DNA of 20,000 nt from an uncultured virus (IMG/VR IMGVR_UViG_2905894795_000003) (IMGVR_UViG_2905894795_000003); one strand, 5' to 3'. Shown: positions 8,852-17,378, counted from the stretch's first letter. Notes: generated by a model not told the origin, from the letters alone. Program-made: numbers and translations.

Positions 8852-9066
8852 TTTCCACCCCCCAATGAATAAGTAATTTTCGCTATACCAATGATGCTTA
8901 CTGAAAGTGTCATTAACCGGAGCGCATCAATCATGCGCTGCATTTCGGTATCACTGACACGCTCCAAATCTATCCCCAGCAAGGCCGCAACAGCGTCCAA
9001 CACATAGTCACGCAGGGCATCTTCAGGCGACCAAATCATTGATTTGTGGTCATTTGCAGAATTCAT
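8848..9066 (-). CDS. Hypothetical phage protein with a C-terminal hydrophobic segment
   Basis: ATGA overlap with the upstream gene; 72 aa. Confidence 0.7.
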   Translation of the reverse strand: MNSANDHKSMIWSPEDALRDYVLDAVAALLGIDLERVSDTEMQRMIDALRLMTLSVSIIGIAKITYSLGGGK

Positions 9067-9281
9067 ACAAATTTAAACCTCTTTTTAAACCGCTCAGCAG
9101 CCCGCCTCATTTCTGATTGTGCAGACCTTTTATAAATACGGTGACCGCGATTATCCCAGCACAGCCAGCGGGACACTTCCGGCAGGCTGCGGCGTTCTTC
9201 TACCGTGCCGCCATCATTCAGGTGGTACACACGACGATCACCGCCGTCATAGTGCTCACAGCCCGTCACGCACAGGTACAT
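9063..9281 (-). CDS. Hypothetical phage protein
   Basis: Start MYLCVTGCEH after GGAGG; basic C-terminus. Confidence 0.75.
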   Translation of the reverse strand: MYLCVTGCEHYDGGDRRVYHLNDGGTVEERRSLPEVSRWLCWDNRGHRIYKRSAQSEMRRAAERFKKRFKFV

Positions 9282-9564
9282 CGCGCACCTCCGAACCACT
9301 GAAAGCCGTGCCACAGAACGGACAGAATCGCATCATTATCGCCGTATCGCTTTTAGTCTGACGGGTTTCAGGCTCTCCATTCTTGCGCCTGCGGTAGTAG
9401 CGAAAGCGGTATTTCAGGGAAACCGGCGCATGATCGCCCGCACTCATCACCCATACGGCATTTTCAAAACCCGACTCACCCATTTCAGCCAAGTCAGAAC
9501 CGATTACGTCGCGAATCTGTTTATCGCAGGCCTCAGCGACCTTATCGAAACAATTACAGGCCAT
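9256..9564 (-). CDS. Putative Zn-binding protein (CxC...CPFCG)
   Basis: MACNCFDK...RFCPFCG; GGAGG upstream. Confidence 0.8.
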   Translation of the reverse strand: MACNCFDKVAEACDKQIRDVIGSDLAEMGESGFENAVWVMSAGDHAPVSLKYRFRYYRRRKNGEPETRQTKSDTAIMMRFCPFCGTAFSGSEVRDVPVRDGL

Positions 9565-9748
9565 CACACGCCTCCATTTCATTAATGCGCACAAAGTCAT
9601 TAAACGTGGTTTCGCAAAAGTGGCATTTCACAACGACCATCAATTGCTGCGGGTCATACATTTCAGGCATAACTTTCAGTTCAAGCACTGCCGTACGCTC
9701 ACAACAGGGGCAGGCAGAATCGAGAAGAACATTTTCAGGATTAATCAT
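9554..9748 (-). CDS. Small Zn-ribbon protein (CPCC...CHFC)
   Basis: MINPENVLL start after AAGGTG; two Cys clusters. Confidence 0.75.
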   Translation of the reverse strand: MINPENVLLDSACPCCERTAVLELKVMPEMYDPQQLMVVVKCHFCETTFNDFVRINEMEACDGL

Positions 9749-9752
9749 CACC

Positions 9753-10100
9753 TTATGCCCCTTTACCAGCGCCGGTGCGGAGTTGACAAAGTTTGACCGC
9801 TGACTCATTTGCGAGGTCATCTTCTGTTTTTAGTGTTGGCTCCGTAATGTCGCCTTCCTCACGCTCAATTACCCACCGACCAAATGCTGTTATGTGCCGT
9901 ATTGAATGCGGCCCTTTAGACGCTAAACCCAGCTCAACAAGACGGCTCATTGCATCCTTGCCAATGTCATATCCTTCGCCGTCATCGCAGGTCTCATTAA
10001 ATCTCAGCAAGGCTTTCAGGTCTGGATCCTGGATTTTAGGCCCAGGGCTTAATCGGTTACTCAATTCACTTTCCATTACATTTTCAGGATTAACTCTCAT
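9753..10100 (-). CDS. Hypothetical phage protein, possibly winged-helix
   Basis: Start MRVNPENV after GAGG; RLVELGL...ITAFG resembles a wHTH wing. Confidence 0.72.
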   Translation of the reverse strand: MRVNPENVMESELSNRLSPGPKIQDPDLKALLRFNETCDDGEGYDIGKDAMSRLVELGLASKGPHSIRHITAFGRWVIEREEGDITEPTLKTEDDLANESAVKLCQLRTGAGKGA

Positions 10101-10110
10101 ATCTGACCTC

Positions 10111-10323
10111 TCATTTGCCCTTGCGGCAAAATTCGCAAAATTCATCCAGAATCACACAAGCACCACAAAGAAGGGCACCAACCCAAGCGACAGGCCAGAA
10201 CACAGTTATAAACAAGGGGTCGGGAAAGCCGCTCCCATCGAAGATATAGCGTGCCGCCACCGCAAGCGTGAGCAACCCCACCGCCAGGTAACCAATTACA
10301 AATAAAAGAACTGCCATATTCAT
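10111..10323 (-). CDS. Small two-TM membrane protein
   Basis: Hydrophobic; contains FWPVAW; GAGG RBS. Confidence 0.75.
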   Translation of the reverse strand: MNMAVLLFVIGYLAVGLLTLAVAARYIFDGSGFPDPLFITVFWPVAWVGALLCGACVILDEFCEFCRKGK

Positions 10324-10344
10324 TAATAACCTCTTAGCGAATTT

Positions 10345-10376
10345 TGGCGTGAGCAGTCCCCTGACGGTTCACGCCA
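10345..10376. other. Intergenic hairpin
   Basis: TGGCGTGA...TCACGCCA arms with an inner GTC/GAC stem. Confidence 0.6.
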
Positions 10377-10406
10377 TATTTAAATGATGATTAATTGCGG
10401 TTTAAA

Positions 10407-10610
10407 TCAGACTACTTTTGCATCAACCGGCGTCAGTGAATCCACATTCGCGAAATAAGGCTCATGACTTATTTCAACAACAGTCGATGACTTCAAATCA
10501 CGCGCGACATCCTTCGTTTTCACCATATCGCCACCTCTGAGAAACTTATGAGGCTGATAGATAAAGTGACTGCCCACCGAATACAGCGCGTTAAACTCGT
10601 CAGCCCTCAC
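10407..10610 (-). CDS. Hypothetical Mu-like early protein
   Basis: GTG start immediately after the upstream stop; 67 aa. Confidence 0.75.
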   Translation of the reverse strand: MRADEFNALYSVGSHFIYQPHKFLRGGDMVKTKDVARDLKSSTVVEISHEPYFANVDSLTPVDAKVV

Positions 10611-10823
10611 TTATTTATTCCCCCATTTCAGCTCGCTACCACGCAGACAGTAAGCCCGCCGGTGCATTGCCCATTTACGCTGGTGCGCCTCACACGGTGA
10701 GATTTGCGCCTTTGCCCAAAGTTCTGCCGCATCACCATAACGGCAGGCTCGCTCAGCCCTGACCGCGCCAATGGCATAACGCGCATACTGGTTAACATGA
10801 TTCACGCTGGACGGATTCTGCAT
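10611..10823 (-). CDS. ANR-family (AraC negative regulator-like) protein
   Basis: A.RAER..RY..AA.LW.KA...WA..R.AYC pattern. Confidence 0.75.
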   Translation of the reverse strand: MQNPSSVNHVNQYARYAIGAVRAERACRYGDAAELWAKAQISPCEAHQRKWAMHRRAYCLRGSELKWGNK

Positions 10824-10824
10824 A

Positions 10825-11349
10825 TCAGGCTCCTGCAGTCTGCTCAAACGGCGTAACAGCGAAGTCCTCGATACCGCTGCGGACCGTTATACCCGCTACA
10901 CCCTCAACAGCTTTAGGTTCATTGAGGATGGCGTCTTTGTTAATTTCTTCCTTCGTGCGGATGAAGCGGTCCATACCCAGTCGGCGCAGCGTTTCCAGCA
11001 CGCTATCCACACCACGCACCGCGACTGATGGCGGACGATTACGCCACTCGACCTTGCCGGTGATCAGACTGGCCGTCTTGGTCTTGCCGTTCTGCGTCAG
11101 CTCATCACGATGCGCCTCACACCAGCCCTGAATCCCTTTGCTCAGGGTTTCAATATCCTTTTTAAGCACCTCCAGTGCTGGTGCATGCTGCTCGGTGATT
11201 TTCCCGATTGCGTCGTTCATTTCGCCTTCGGTACGCGTCAGCTCGCGCTGCAGGTCACCCAGCTTTTTAATATCCCCGATCACATCTTCTTTGCACTGCG
11301 GAACGTAGACCGCCGCAACGGCTTTAATGCGCTTTGGTTTAGTTGCCAT
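10825..11349 (-). CDS. gam: Mu Gam-like host-nuclease inhibitor
   Basis: WCEAHRDELT..GKTKTASLITGKVEWRNRPPSV and FIRTKEEINKDAIL. Confidence 0.93.
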   Translation of the reverse strand: MATKPKRIKAVAAVYVPQCKEDVIGDIKKLGDLQRELTRTEGEMNDAIGKITEQHAPALEVLKKDIETLSKGIQGWCEAHRDELTQNGKTKTASLITGKVEWRNRPPSVAVRGVDSVLETLRRLGMDRFIRTKEEINKDAILNEPKAVEGVAGITVRSGIEDFAVTPFEQTAGA

Positions 11350-11599
11350 AATTATTCACTCCTTTAACGCCAAATTTTTCTATGCAAGCCCATGTGCAAT
11401 GCTCCATCAGCCGCGCCCCAAACTCATGTAACTCGTCCCGAACATCTTCTATGGCCGTTCCGCCTGTAACCTGGTAAATGACTTTGCCGGCCTCATCACG
11501 CCCCATCTTCACCGAGACATTAACCAGCCACCCATTAAGCGAATCATCACTAACGACGTCCGCTGATTGCTGCTTATCCGACATAATGACTTTCTCCAT
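11339..11599 (-). CDS. Hypothetical phage protein
   Basis: Overlaps both neighbours; start at 11599 or 11584. Confidence 0.65.
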   Translation of the reverse strand: MEKVIMSDKQQSADVVSDDSLNGWLVNVSVKMGRDEAGKVIYQVTGGTAIEDVRDELHEFGARLMEHCTWACIEKFGVKGVNNYGN

Positions 11600-11783
11600 T
11601 AATACATTTTGCTTTCAGATGCACCTGATTAAACTGCGCCGCCAGGGCCATCGCATAACTCACAGTACTGGTGGCAATATTCATTTCAGACACGGTGTGA
11701 TTATTGGGATCGACTTTGATTTCCGGGTTAACCACAAAACCCGACTCACCTAACTTAACGTCAATGAATATTCGAACCGTCAT
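11574..11783 (-). CDS. Hypothetical phage protein
   Basis: Start MTVRIFIDVK after GAGG. Confidence 0.7.
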   Translation of the reverse strand: MTVRIFIDVKLGESGFVVNPEIKVDPNNHTVSEMNIATSTVSYAMALAAQFNQVHLKAKCINGESHYVG

Positions 11784-11997
11784 TTTCAGCCTCGCGTTTC
11801 CGACTCTCAGTGCAGGCAGGGCAACCACACCTGGTTTGCATCGCTCCGCCAGCGCGCCGGGCCACAGCCGACCTGATAACCCCGATAATCATGTCCATGT
11901 CCGCCTCCTCACGATAAGTGCGCTCGCCAGTCCCTTTAATATCAAACTCCATTCGGTCACCATGCTCAGTAATGACCACTTCAAGTTTTGCCGCCAT
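11761..11997 (-). CDS. Hypothetical phage protein with C-terminal CGCPAC
   Basis: Start MAAKLEV two bases after the upstream stop. Confidence 0.72.
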   Translation of the reverse strand: MAAKLEVVITEHGDRMEFDIKGTGERTYREEADMDMIIGVIRSAVARRAGGAMQTRCGCPACTESRKREAENDGSNIH

Positions 11998-11999
11998 AA

Positions 12000-12230
12000 T
12001 TACCCCCAGATAACCGTACAACCCTGAATAACCGATGTAAGCACCCGCTGCCGTACACCATTCACAACTTCCAGCACCTCGAACACTGAGCAGGAGACGC
12101 CACCTGCAGGTGGAATAGCCCGTATAACTGGCACAACATGATTTTTCTCAAACCCGATAATCCGGCCACCCTGAGCACAGATTGCCGATAGCGCCCGCGA
12201 ACGGCGGCAGTTAATAACCTGTTTTTCCAT
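12000..12230 (-). CDS. Hypothetical Mu-like early protein
   Basis: Start MEKQVIN; ends GCTVIWG; tightly packed in the operon. Confidence 0.75.
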   Translation of the reverse strand: MEKQVINCRRSRALSAICAQGGRIIGFEKNHVVPVIRAIPPAGGVSCSVFEVLEVVNGVRQRVLTSVIQGCTVIWG

Positions 12231-12232
12231 GA

Positions 12233-12736
12233 TTAACCCCTGAGTTCCTGAATGCATTTATCCAGCTTTTTAAGCATCGCCATCTGTTCGACGTGCGCTT
12301 CCAGCAAGGCCGAGAGAATCTTCTCGAACTGATTATTTTGCGTTTTTGCGCGGCGCAACCGGCGACAACTGCGTGCCGTTCTGCGCATCTCACGCCACAG
12401 CGAATTCTCACTACGAATGGCAGACCTGCAGCGGCAATTGTCTGGAATGGCTGGGAATTCACCCATCATCGGGTAATGAGCAGACCGGCGTGTGCGTCCG
12501 TGCAGAGCACGCTCGATCCGGCCTTTCTCTGCAGGTTTCATAGGTGGCAAGGCTGATTGTGATGCGGGTACATACGCAGCCTCACAATAAAATTTGCCAT
12601 GCCAGTACACATCGACACGACTACTGGATAATCCGCAAATAACATCCACATACCGACCATCAAGAGACGCCAGTGAAGGGTGAAAGTAATCACGTTTATT
12701 ACTTTCCACGAAACCGCGTTTAACTTGAACCTTCAT
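12233..12736 (-). CDS. Protein with a Mu-transposase C-terminal-like domain and a basic tail
   Basis: N-terminal ~55 aa align by eye to the C-terminal beta-barrel region of the phage's own transposase; AAGGA RBS. Confidence 0.72.
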   Translation of the reverse strand: MKVQVKRGFVESNKRDYFHPSLASLDGRYVDVICGLSSSRVDVYWHGKFYCEAAYVPASQSALPPMKPAEKGRIERALHGRTRRSAHYPMMGEFPAIPDNCRCRSAIRSENSLWREMRRTARSCRRLRRAKTQNNQFEKILSALLEAHVEQMAMLKKLDKCIQELRG

Positions 12737-12775
12737 ACTATTTTCCTTATTTAATTAGACTGTGTATTTCAGAAC

Positions 12776-13192
12776 TTAATTTATTGATGCGTGACGTCCA
12801 AAAGCACTGGCGCAATCCCTGATTACCCATTCACGGCGACCTTCAGGGTAAATACGTTCAGCCCATACCTGCCTGTTGCGAAGCTCTTCTCTTGCCGCCA
12901 GCAATATCTGTCGGAACTGCTGGCGCGAGGTGATGCAGCCCCAGTGAACCACCCGCATTTCACTTTCCCACTTATCTACATTCCAGTTATGACGACCAAG
13001 CCCCCTGATTGCATCAGGCAGCCCACGGTGGTCGCGCATAAGCTGATAAGAGTCGACGGTCACGTAGGGCAGCAGTTCATCATTGCGGCGGGCGCGATAA
13101 ATGCAGATATATTTGTCAATCATTAACGGTGAGTGGTGACGTTCAGAAATACGATTCAGCGCGTCAGTTTCTTTTTTAACCAGAGTTTTCAT
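12776..13192 (-). CDS. Hypothetical phage protein
   Basis: 138-aa ORF with a GGGG RBS, bounded by a repeated 39-bp leader. Confidence 0.75.
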   Translation of the reverse strand: MKTLVKKETDALNRISERHHSPLMIDKYICIYRARRNDELLPYVTVDSYQLMRDHRGLPDAIRGLGRHNWNVDKWESEMRVVHWGCITSRQQFRQILLAAREELRNRQVWAERIYPEGRREWVIRDCASAFGRHASIN

Positions 13193-13236
13193 GCTGTTTT
13201 CCCCACATAATTAATCTGAATATTTCAGGGTGATAT

Positions 13237-14163
13237 TTAAAAGAAAGTTTTTTGCTTAATTAACATCTTCCCGTATTTCTCAATAACCAGAGGTGATACA
13301 GGCAGATTCCGCGTCTTACTGGCGCGAATCACTGACCGCGCCAGCTTGTACATGCGGCGATAATTCCCTCCCGACTCTTTTCTGAATGCCGCTAAAACCT
13401 CATCCGTGAGCACATAATCAGGCAGTCCGCCTTTGAGAATATTGGTCAGAATGTCGTTAAAGTCGGACTCTTCACTCAGTTGCTTCATATCATCCAGATC
13501 GAGCGCAAGACTGACGCGGCTATACAGCTGCTCGTATTCCCCTCTGGACCCCATCAGATTGAGCAACAGACGCGGCATGCCCGCCAGTAACAGGCCGCAG
13601 TGTGCGCAGTCCTGAATGCGCCGCATAACCTCCAGCGCACGATAGGGCAGCAGTTCCGCCTCATCGATCATCACAATCCAGCCTGTCCCCTGAAGCGCCT
13701 CTATGCACCGCTCACTGAGTTCATGGATTGTGCCGCTGGTCTTCTTCACCCGTAGTTTGATGCACAGCTCCTGCAGCAGCACTTTGGCGGTGTAACCCGG
13801 ATCGGCCTCAATCAGTATCGCCGCGCTGTCGCGCAGGGCGTACTCTCTCAGCGCCATACTTTTACCTATACCGGCAGCGCCATAAATCACGCCGATATCA
13901 CAGTCAGAATGGGTAATGTCGATAATTTCCAGCACCGTTTTTGCCAGCGTGGTTGGCACAAATTCCACATCACCATGCAGACGCTTCGCCTCACGAAACA
14001 AAAAATCACGTAATTTAGCTTCGATAGTGCTGATATTGCCCTTATAGGTGCCACTCAGATATTGCGATACGGTTGCTGTACTTAAATTCGATTTAGCGGC
14101 GACCTGTTTCTGGGTGTAGCCGCTCCCCTCCATAAACTGGATAACATTTTCTTTAATGCTCAT
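13237..14163 (-). CDS. B: MuB-like transposition AAA+ ATPase
   Basis: N-terminal HTH, Walker A GAAGIGKS, Walker B MIDEAE, QLYSRV. Confidence 0.95.
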   Translation of the reverse strand: MSIKENVIQFMEGSGYTQKQVAAKSNLSTATVSQYLSGTYKGNISTIEAKLRDFLFREAKRLHGDVEFVPTTLAKTVLEIIDITHSDCDIGVIYGAAGIGKSMALREYALRDSAAILIEADPGYTAKVLLQELCIKLRVKKTSGTIHELSERCIEALQGTGWIVMIDEAELLPYRALEVMRRIQDCAHCGLLLAGMPRLLLNLMGSRGEYEQLYSRVSLALDLDDMKQLSEESDFNDILTNILKGGLPDYVLTDEVLAAFRKESGGNYRRMYKLARSVIRASKTRNLPVSPLVIEKYGKMLIKQKTFF

Positions 14164-14175
14164 TTAAATTACCTT

Positions 14176-16212
14176 TTAATAATTTCCGGCTTTTTTAGCG
14201 GCGAACTTTTCCTGACTGGCGAAAATATAAATCTCTTCCTCCTGCTCAATCGGCTCCGGCGCAGCAAACATGCTAATATCCAGCGGCTCGCGGTGCTCGA
14301 TGGCGGGCCGCAGGGAGTCTTTCGCATCCTGTATCACCGCCTGACCGCGCTTAATCTGACGCTGGGCACGTTCGTTAAGTGCTTTCTCAACCCGCGTTAA
14401 CGGAACAGGTGCGTTTGTATTTCCGTTCCAGATGGCCGTACAGACGAACGTGCCATCCAGCCTGCGGATATAAACTTCTTTAGCATCCAGAGGATTAAAG
14501 GCGACACGCACTTTTTCCTGGTCAACCTCTATCAGCTCTCTAGCGTAGTAATTATTCGTACCCAGCTGAATCCAGCCGCGTGCCGCTGTGCGGGTTTCCT
14601 CCGGCAGGAACATATCGTGCAGCTCGTCCGCCGTCAGATACTCAATATCGTCACCCTCTGTTTCAAGAGCGTGCCTGCGGTATGCCAGGGGTGACAGGTG
14701 CTTACCATTCACCTTTGGCAGCTCACTATGCTCATGAGACGTGTTATAGGCGTCGATCTCCGCCTGGATGGCCACCGTCAGTGCCTGCCAGTCTGGTATC
14801 AGCCCCAGCGTCCGCTTTTGCTCGGTGGTCAGCTCTTTACCCTGGCGCAGAGCGTTGGTCAGACTGACCATTTTTTTACCCATAACCCGCTGATGCTCAG
14901 GATCAACGTTATGGCCATTGTAAGTGGCGAACTGCCGTGCGATAGCAATCGGCACCACACCATTAAGACGCTCAATAATCCCGCGCGCCTGCGGGTTGCC
15001 CGGAATACCGGTCATGTGGTTTATGCCCATGCGGGGAAATATCCCGGTGATATCGGCATCGAGCATATTATTTTTTTCACCGCCGCCATTATCGGAATAT
15101 ACAAACAACGGTTTACCGTATTTCTCCATGCCGTGACGGTAAGCCTCCGCTACCGCAAAACGGTTCTCTGATAAAGACAGGCTCCACCCGACAATTACGC
15201 GTGTCCGACCATCAATAACCAGCGTCAGCTCCGGCGTGAACGGACGGTTGTAAACCGGGTGCAGCACCTTCATATCCAGCGACTTACCATCCGCGATCCA
15301 GATGCCATTTACCGGCATCACTGACCAGTCGCGCTTGCTGTAGACGTCATACGCTCTGGCGGCAGAACCACTGACCCGACCCTGCATGCGTTTATAAAGC
15401 GGCTCTTTCTTCAGCATGCGCCGCACAATGTCGTACGAGGGCATGACCGCCAGCACAGCAGGCTGATCGTGATATTGATCTTCCCACCACTTTTTGAATT
15501 TACGCCACGTCGCCTTAATCGAATCACCCGTGGGCGTGCCGTAATAAGACTTGAACGCTATCCACCAGGCACAATCATCAGGCTGCAGCTTTTTGGGCTG
15601 GCCCGGAGCCAGTAAAACCAGACGTTCCAGGCTGTTTGTGGTGGAGTGATAAAGCGAGTACCAGTCCTGCAGGCTGCGAACGCTGATACCGGCACGCTTT
15701 CCCTTACGGGCGTTGGCCAGTTCAGCCGCCTGCTGCAGGCGCTCAGACCTGAAACCCATGCGCGACTGCTCAGCGACATACTCAACCGCCCCCGTGCGGG
15801 TTGCTTTAATCCCCTCAAGCGAACGCAGGCGATCAACCTCCATCACCAGCACACACCGCGCATCAGCAATTCTGCGCTGTTTCTCAGTCAGCCGGTCCGT
15901 CTCACGCTTCGCCAGCGCCGGGCATTCCTGCATCAGAACCAGTTCCTGCTTAGCCTTGACCGCAACACTGACCGGCGCAACGACCCCGGCACCTTCTGAT
16001 GATTCAATCACCTGTTTCATCAGGCGCTGTTTCACCACTTCCCGAGCCGCATCCGGCAGACAGTCAATGTGATACTCAAAGGCTTTAGTACCTTCTCGGC
16101 GACGCACCAGCTCAGGCAAGCCCGCAGCACGCTTATTCAGAGTGAATCTCAGCCCCTGAAGCGTACCCGGCAAACCCGGCAGGCCCATTAACTCATTCAC
16201 TGTGACAAACAT
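14176..16212 (-). CDS. A: MuA-like DDE transposase
   Basis: N-terminal Mu-type HTH (EYHIDCLP); catalytic WIADG, YSDNGGG and GIIER all intact; 678 aa. Confidence 0.96.
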   Translation of the reverse strand: MFVTVNELMGLPGLPGTLQGLRFTLNKRAAGLPELVRRREGTKAFEYHIDCLPDAAREVVKQRLMKQVIESSEGAGVVAPVSVAVKAKQELVLMQECPALAKRETDRLTEKQRRIADARCVLVMEVDRLRSLEGIKATRTGAVEYVAEQSRMGFRSERLQQAAELANARKGKRAGISVRSLQDWYSLYHSTTNSLERLVLLAPGQPKKLQPDDCAWWIAFKSYYGTPTGDSIKATWRKFKKWWEDQYHDQPAVLAVMPSYDIVRRMLKKEPLYKRMQGRVSGSAARAYDVYSKRDWSVMPVNGIWIADGKSLDMKVLHPVYNRPFTPELTLVIDGRTRVIVGWSLSLSENRFAVAEAYRHGMEKYGKPLFVYSDNGGGEKNNMLDADITGIFPRMGINHMTGIPGNPQARGIIERLNGVVPIAIARQFATYNGHNVDPEHQRVMGKKMVSLTNALRQGKELTTEQKRTLGLIPDWQALTVAIQAEIDAYNTSHEHSELPKVNGKHLSPLAYRRHALETEGDDIEYLTADELHDMFLPEETRTAARGWIQLGTNNYYARELIEVDQEKVRVAFNPLDAKEVYIRRLDGTFVCTAIWNGNTNAPVPLTRVEKALNERAQRQIKRGQAVIQDAKDSLRPAIEHREPLDISMFAAPEPIEQEEEIYIFASQEKFAAKKAGNY

Positions 16213-16213
16213 A

Positions 16214-16465
16214 TCAGGAGACCTTGCGCATATAGCTTTCGGTTTTATACCGACTTGGCCAAATCAGCTCCGGCGACATTCCGAGAGCATCCGCAACAAT
16301 CTGTTGCTGAGGCTTCGACGGTGTACGCAAAACAGATTTCAATGAGCCAGCCGAATAACCATTTCTGCGACCAAGCTCAGCAAGTGACAGGCCACGCTTG
16401 TGCAGCTCACCTTTGATATCTTCAGGGTGCATATCGACATGCAGATCTTCTTTTCGATTCATCAT
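16214..16465 (-). CDS. ner: Ner-like transcriptional regulator
   Basis: DMHPEDIKGELHKRGLSLAELGR...IVADALGMSPELIWPSRY. Confidence 0.93.
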   Translation of the reverse strand: MMNRKEDLHVDMHPEDIKGELHKRGLSLAELGRRNGYSAGSLKSVLRTPSKPQQQIVADALGMSPELIWPSRYKTESYMRKVS

Positions 16466-16482
16466 TCAACTATCCTAAAAAG

Positions 16483-16630
16483 TTATCCCGAGGGATAAGC
16501 CACAGGTTGTCTCTTCGGATAAAAGTATTGATCCATATTTCCCTCATGTAAAGCAAATTTCCCACTTAGTTTTCGATTTTTGCCTTTAGTGACCTCAATT
16601 TGAATCAATGCATTTAAAATCAATCGGTTA
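16483..16630. promoter_or_regulatory. Lysis-lysogeny switch / enhancer region: palindrome, early promoter and IHF site
   Basis: TTATCCC-GA-GGGATAA 16483-16498; - strand TTTACA(16552-16547)-17 bp-AATACT(16529-16524); ATTTCCC at 16537 and 16557; IHF consensus AATCAATCGGTTA 16618-16630. Confidence 0.65.
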
Positions 16631-17243
16631 TGTGGAAAAGAAAATGGAATATCGGAAAGAAAACAAATTTGCTTTTGATGAGGACAGAAAAGAAAACTTC
16701 ATCCGGCGTTTAAAATCTGTAATTGGTGAGCGGAGCGTAAGAGCTGCTGCTAAGGAGTGGGGGCTATCATTCTCAACATTGAATAACTACATTACCCGTG
16801 GAACAGAACCATCATTCGTGGCTATGCAGGCTATAGCTTTTGCTGAGGATATTTCTCTTGATTGGCTAGCATTTGGCGCGAATGAATCAAATAAGAATCA
16901 ACCAGAGCGAAGCCTGATGCATGATAATAACTCCAACGACAAGAGCGGTAGTGTGGACAAAGAACATCTCCGCACCGCCTGGGCGACTGCGTTCGAATTT
17001 ATGGGGAAGGCTGAGGCTGAAGCTCTTTTGAAAATCATCATTAACGGCGGTGCACGTAGCATCATCAAGCTAGCCGAACATGATGCAACACTCGAAGAGG
17101 CCTTTATGCTACTCCCGCTGGAGTTAAAAGAAAGAGCAATAGATCTCATTGATGCGTATGCAGAAGCCAAAAAAGGGGCACCTGAAGAGGGTGATCTGAG
17201 CAACACTGCCAGCCCAGCATCTGATAAGAGGCAGGCTAGCTAA
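16608..17243 (+). CDS. Prophage repressor with an XRE/CI-type HTH (start may be 16644)
   Basis: SVRAAAKEWGLSFSTLNNYITRGTEPS...ISLDWLAFG; divergent from ner. Confidence 0.88.
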   Translation: MHLKSIGYVEKKMEYRKENKFAFDEDRKENFIRRLKSVIGERSVRAAAKEWGLSFSTLNNYITRGTEPSFVAMQAIAFAEDISLDWLAFGANESNKNQPERSLMHDNNSNDKSGSVDKEHLRTAWATAFEFMGKAEAEALLKIIINGGARSIIKLAEHDATLEEAFMLLPLELKERAIDLIDAYAEAKKGAPEEGDLSNTASPASDKRQAS

Positions 17244-17378
17244 GTGAGCATAGGCTGGTACTAATCAGTTTGTAATAGTTTCGGCTTATGCTTAATTTGA
17301 CTTAAGCCAAGCGTGTAAGCGATTTCTTAAAATCTGTTTAAACGCCTTTCAAACTCACTTAAACCACAATCATTCGAA

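Noticed and set aside
9256..9570. Two adjacent ORFs both ending in DGL
   Set aside because: Short and plausibly a by-product of overlap with the next genes; DNA identity is weak
9679..9718. CACTGCCGTAC...CAGGCAG resembling part of a type I-F CRISPR repeat
   Set aside because: A single interrupted partial match inside a coding gene; no array or intact hairpin
261..16072. Numerous + strand ORFs across the prophage (e.g. 527-1018, 2229-2849, 3728-4342, 14698-15171)
   Set aside because: They are antisense shadows of well-supported - strand phage genes and show no motifs
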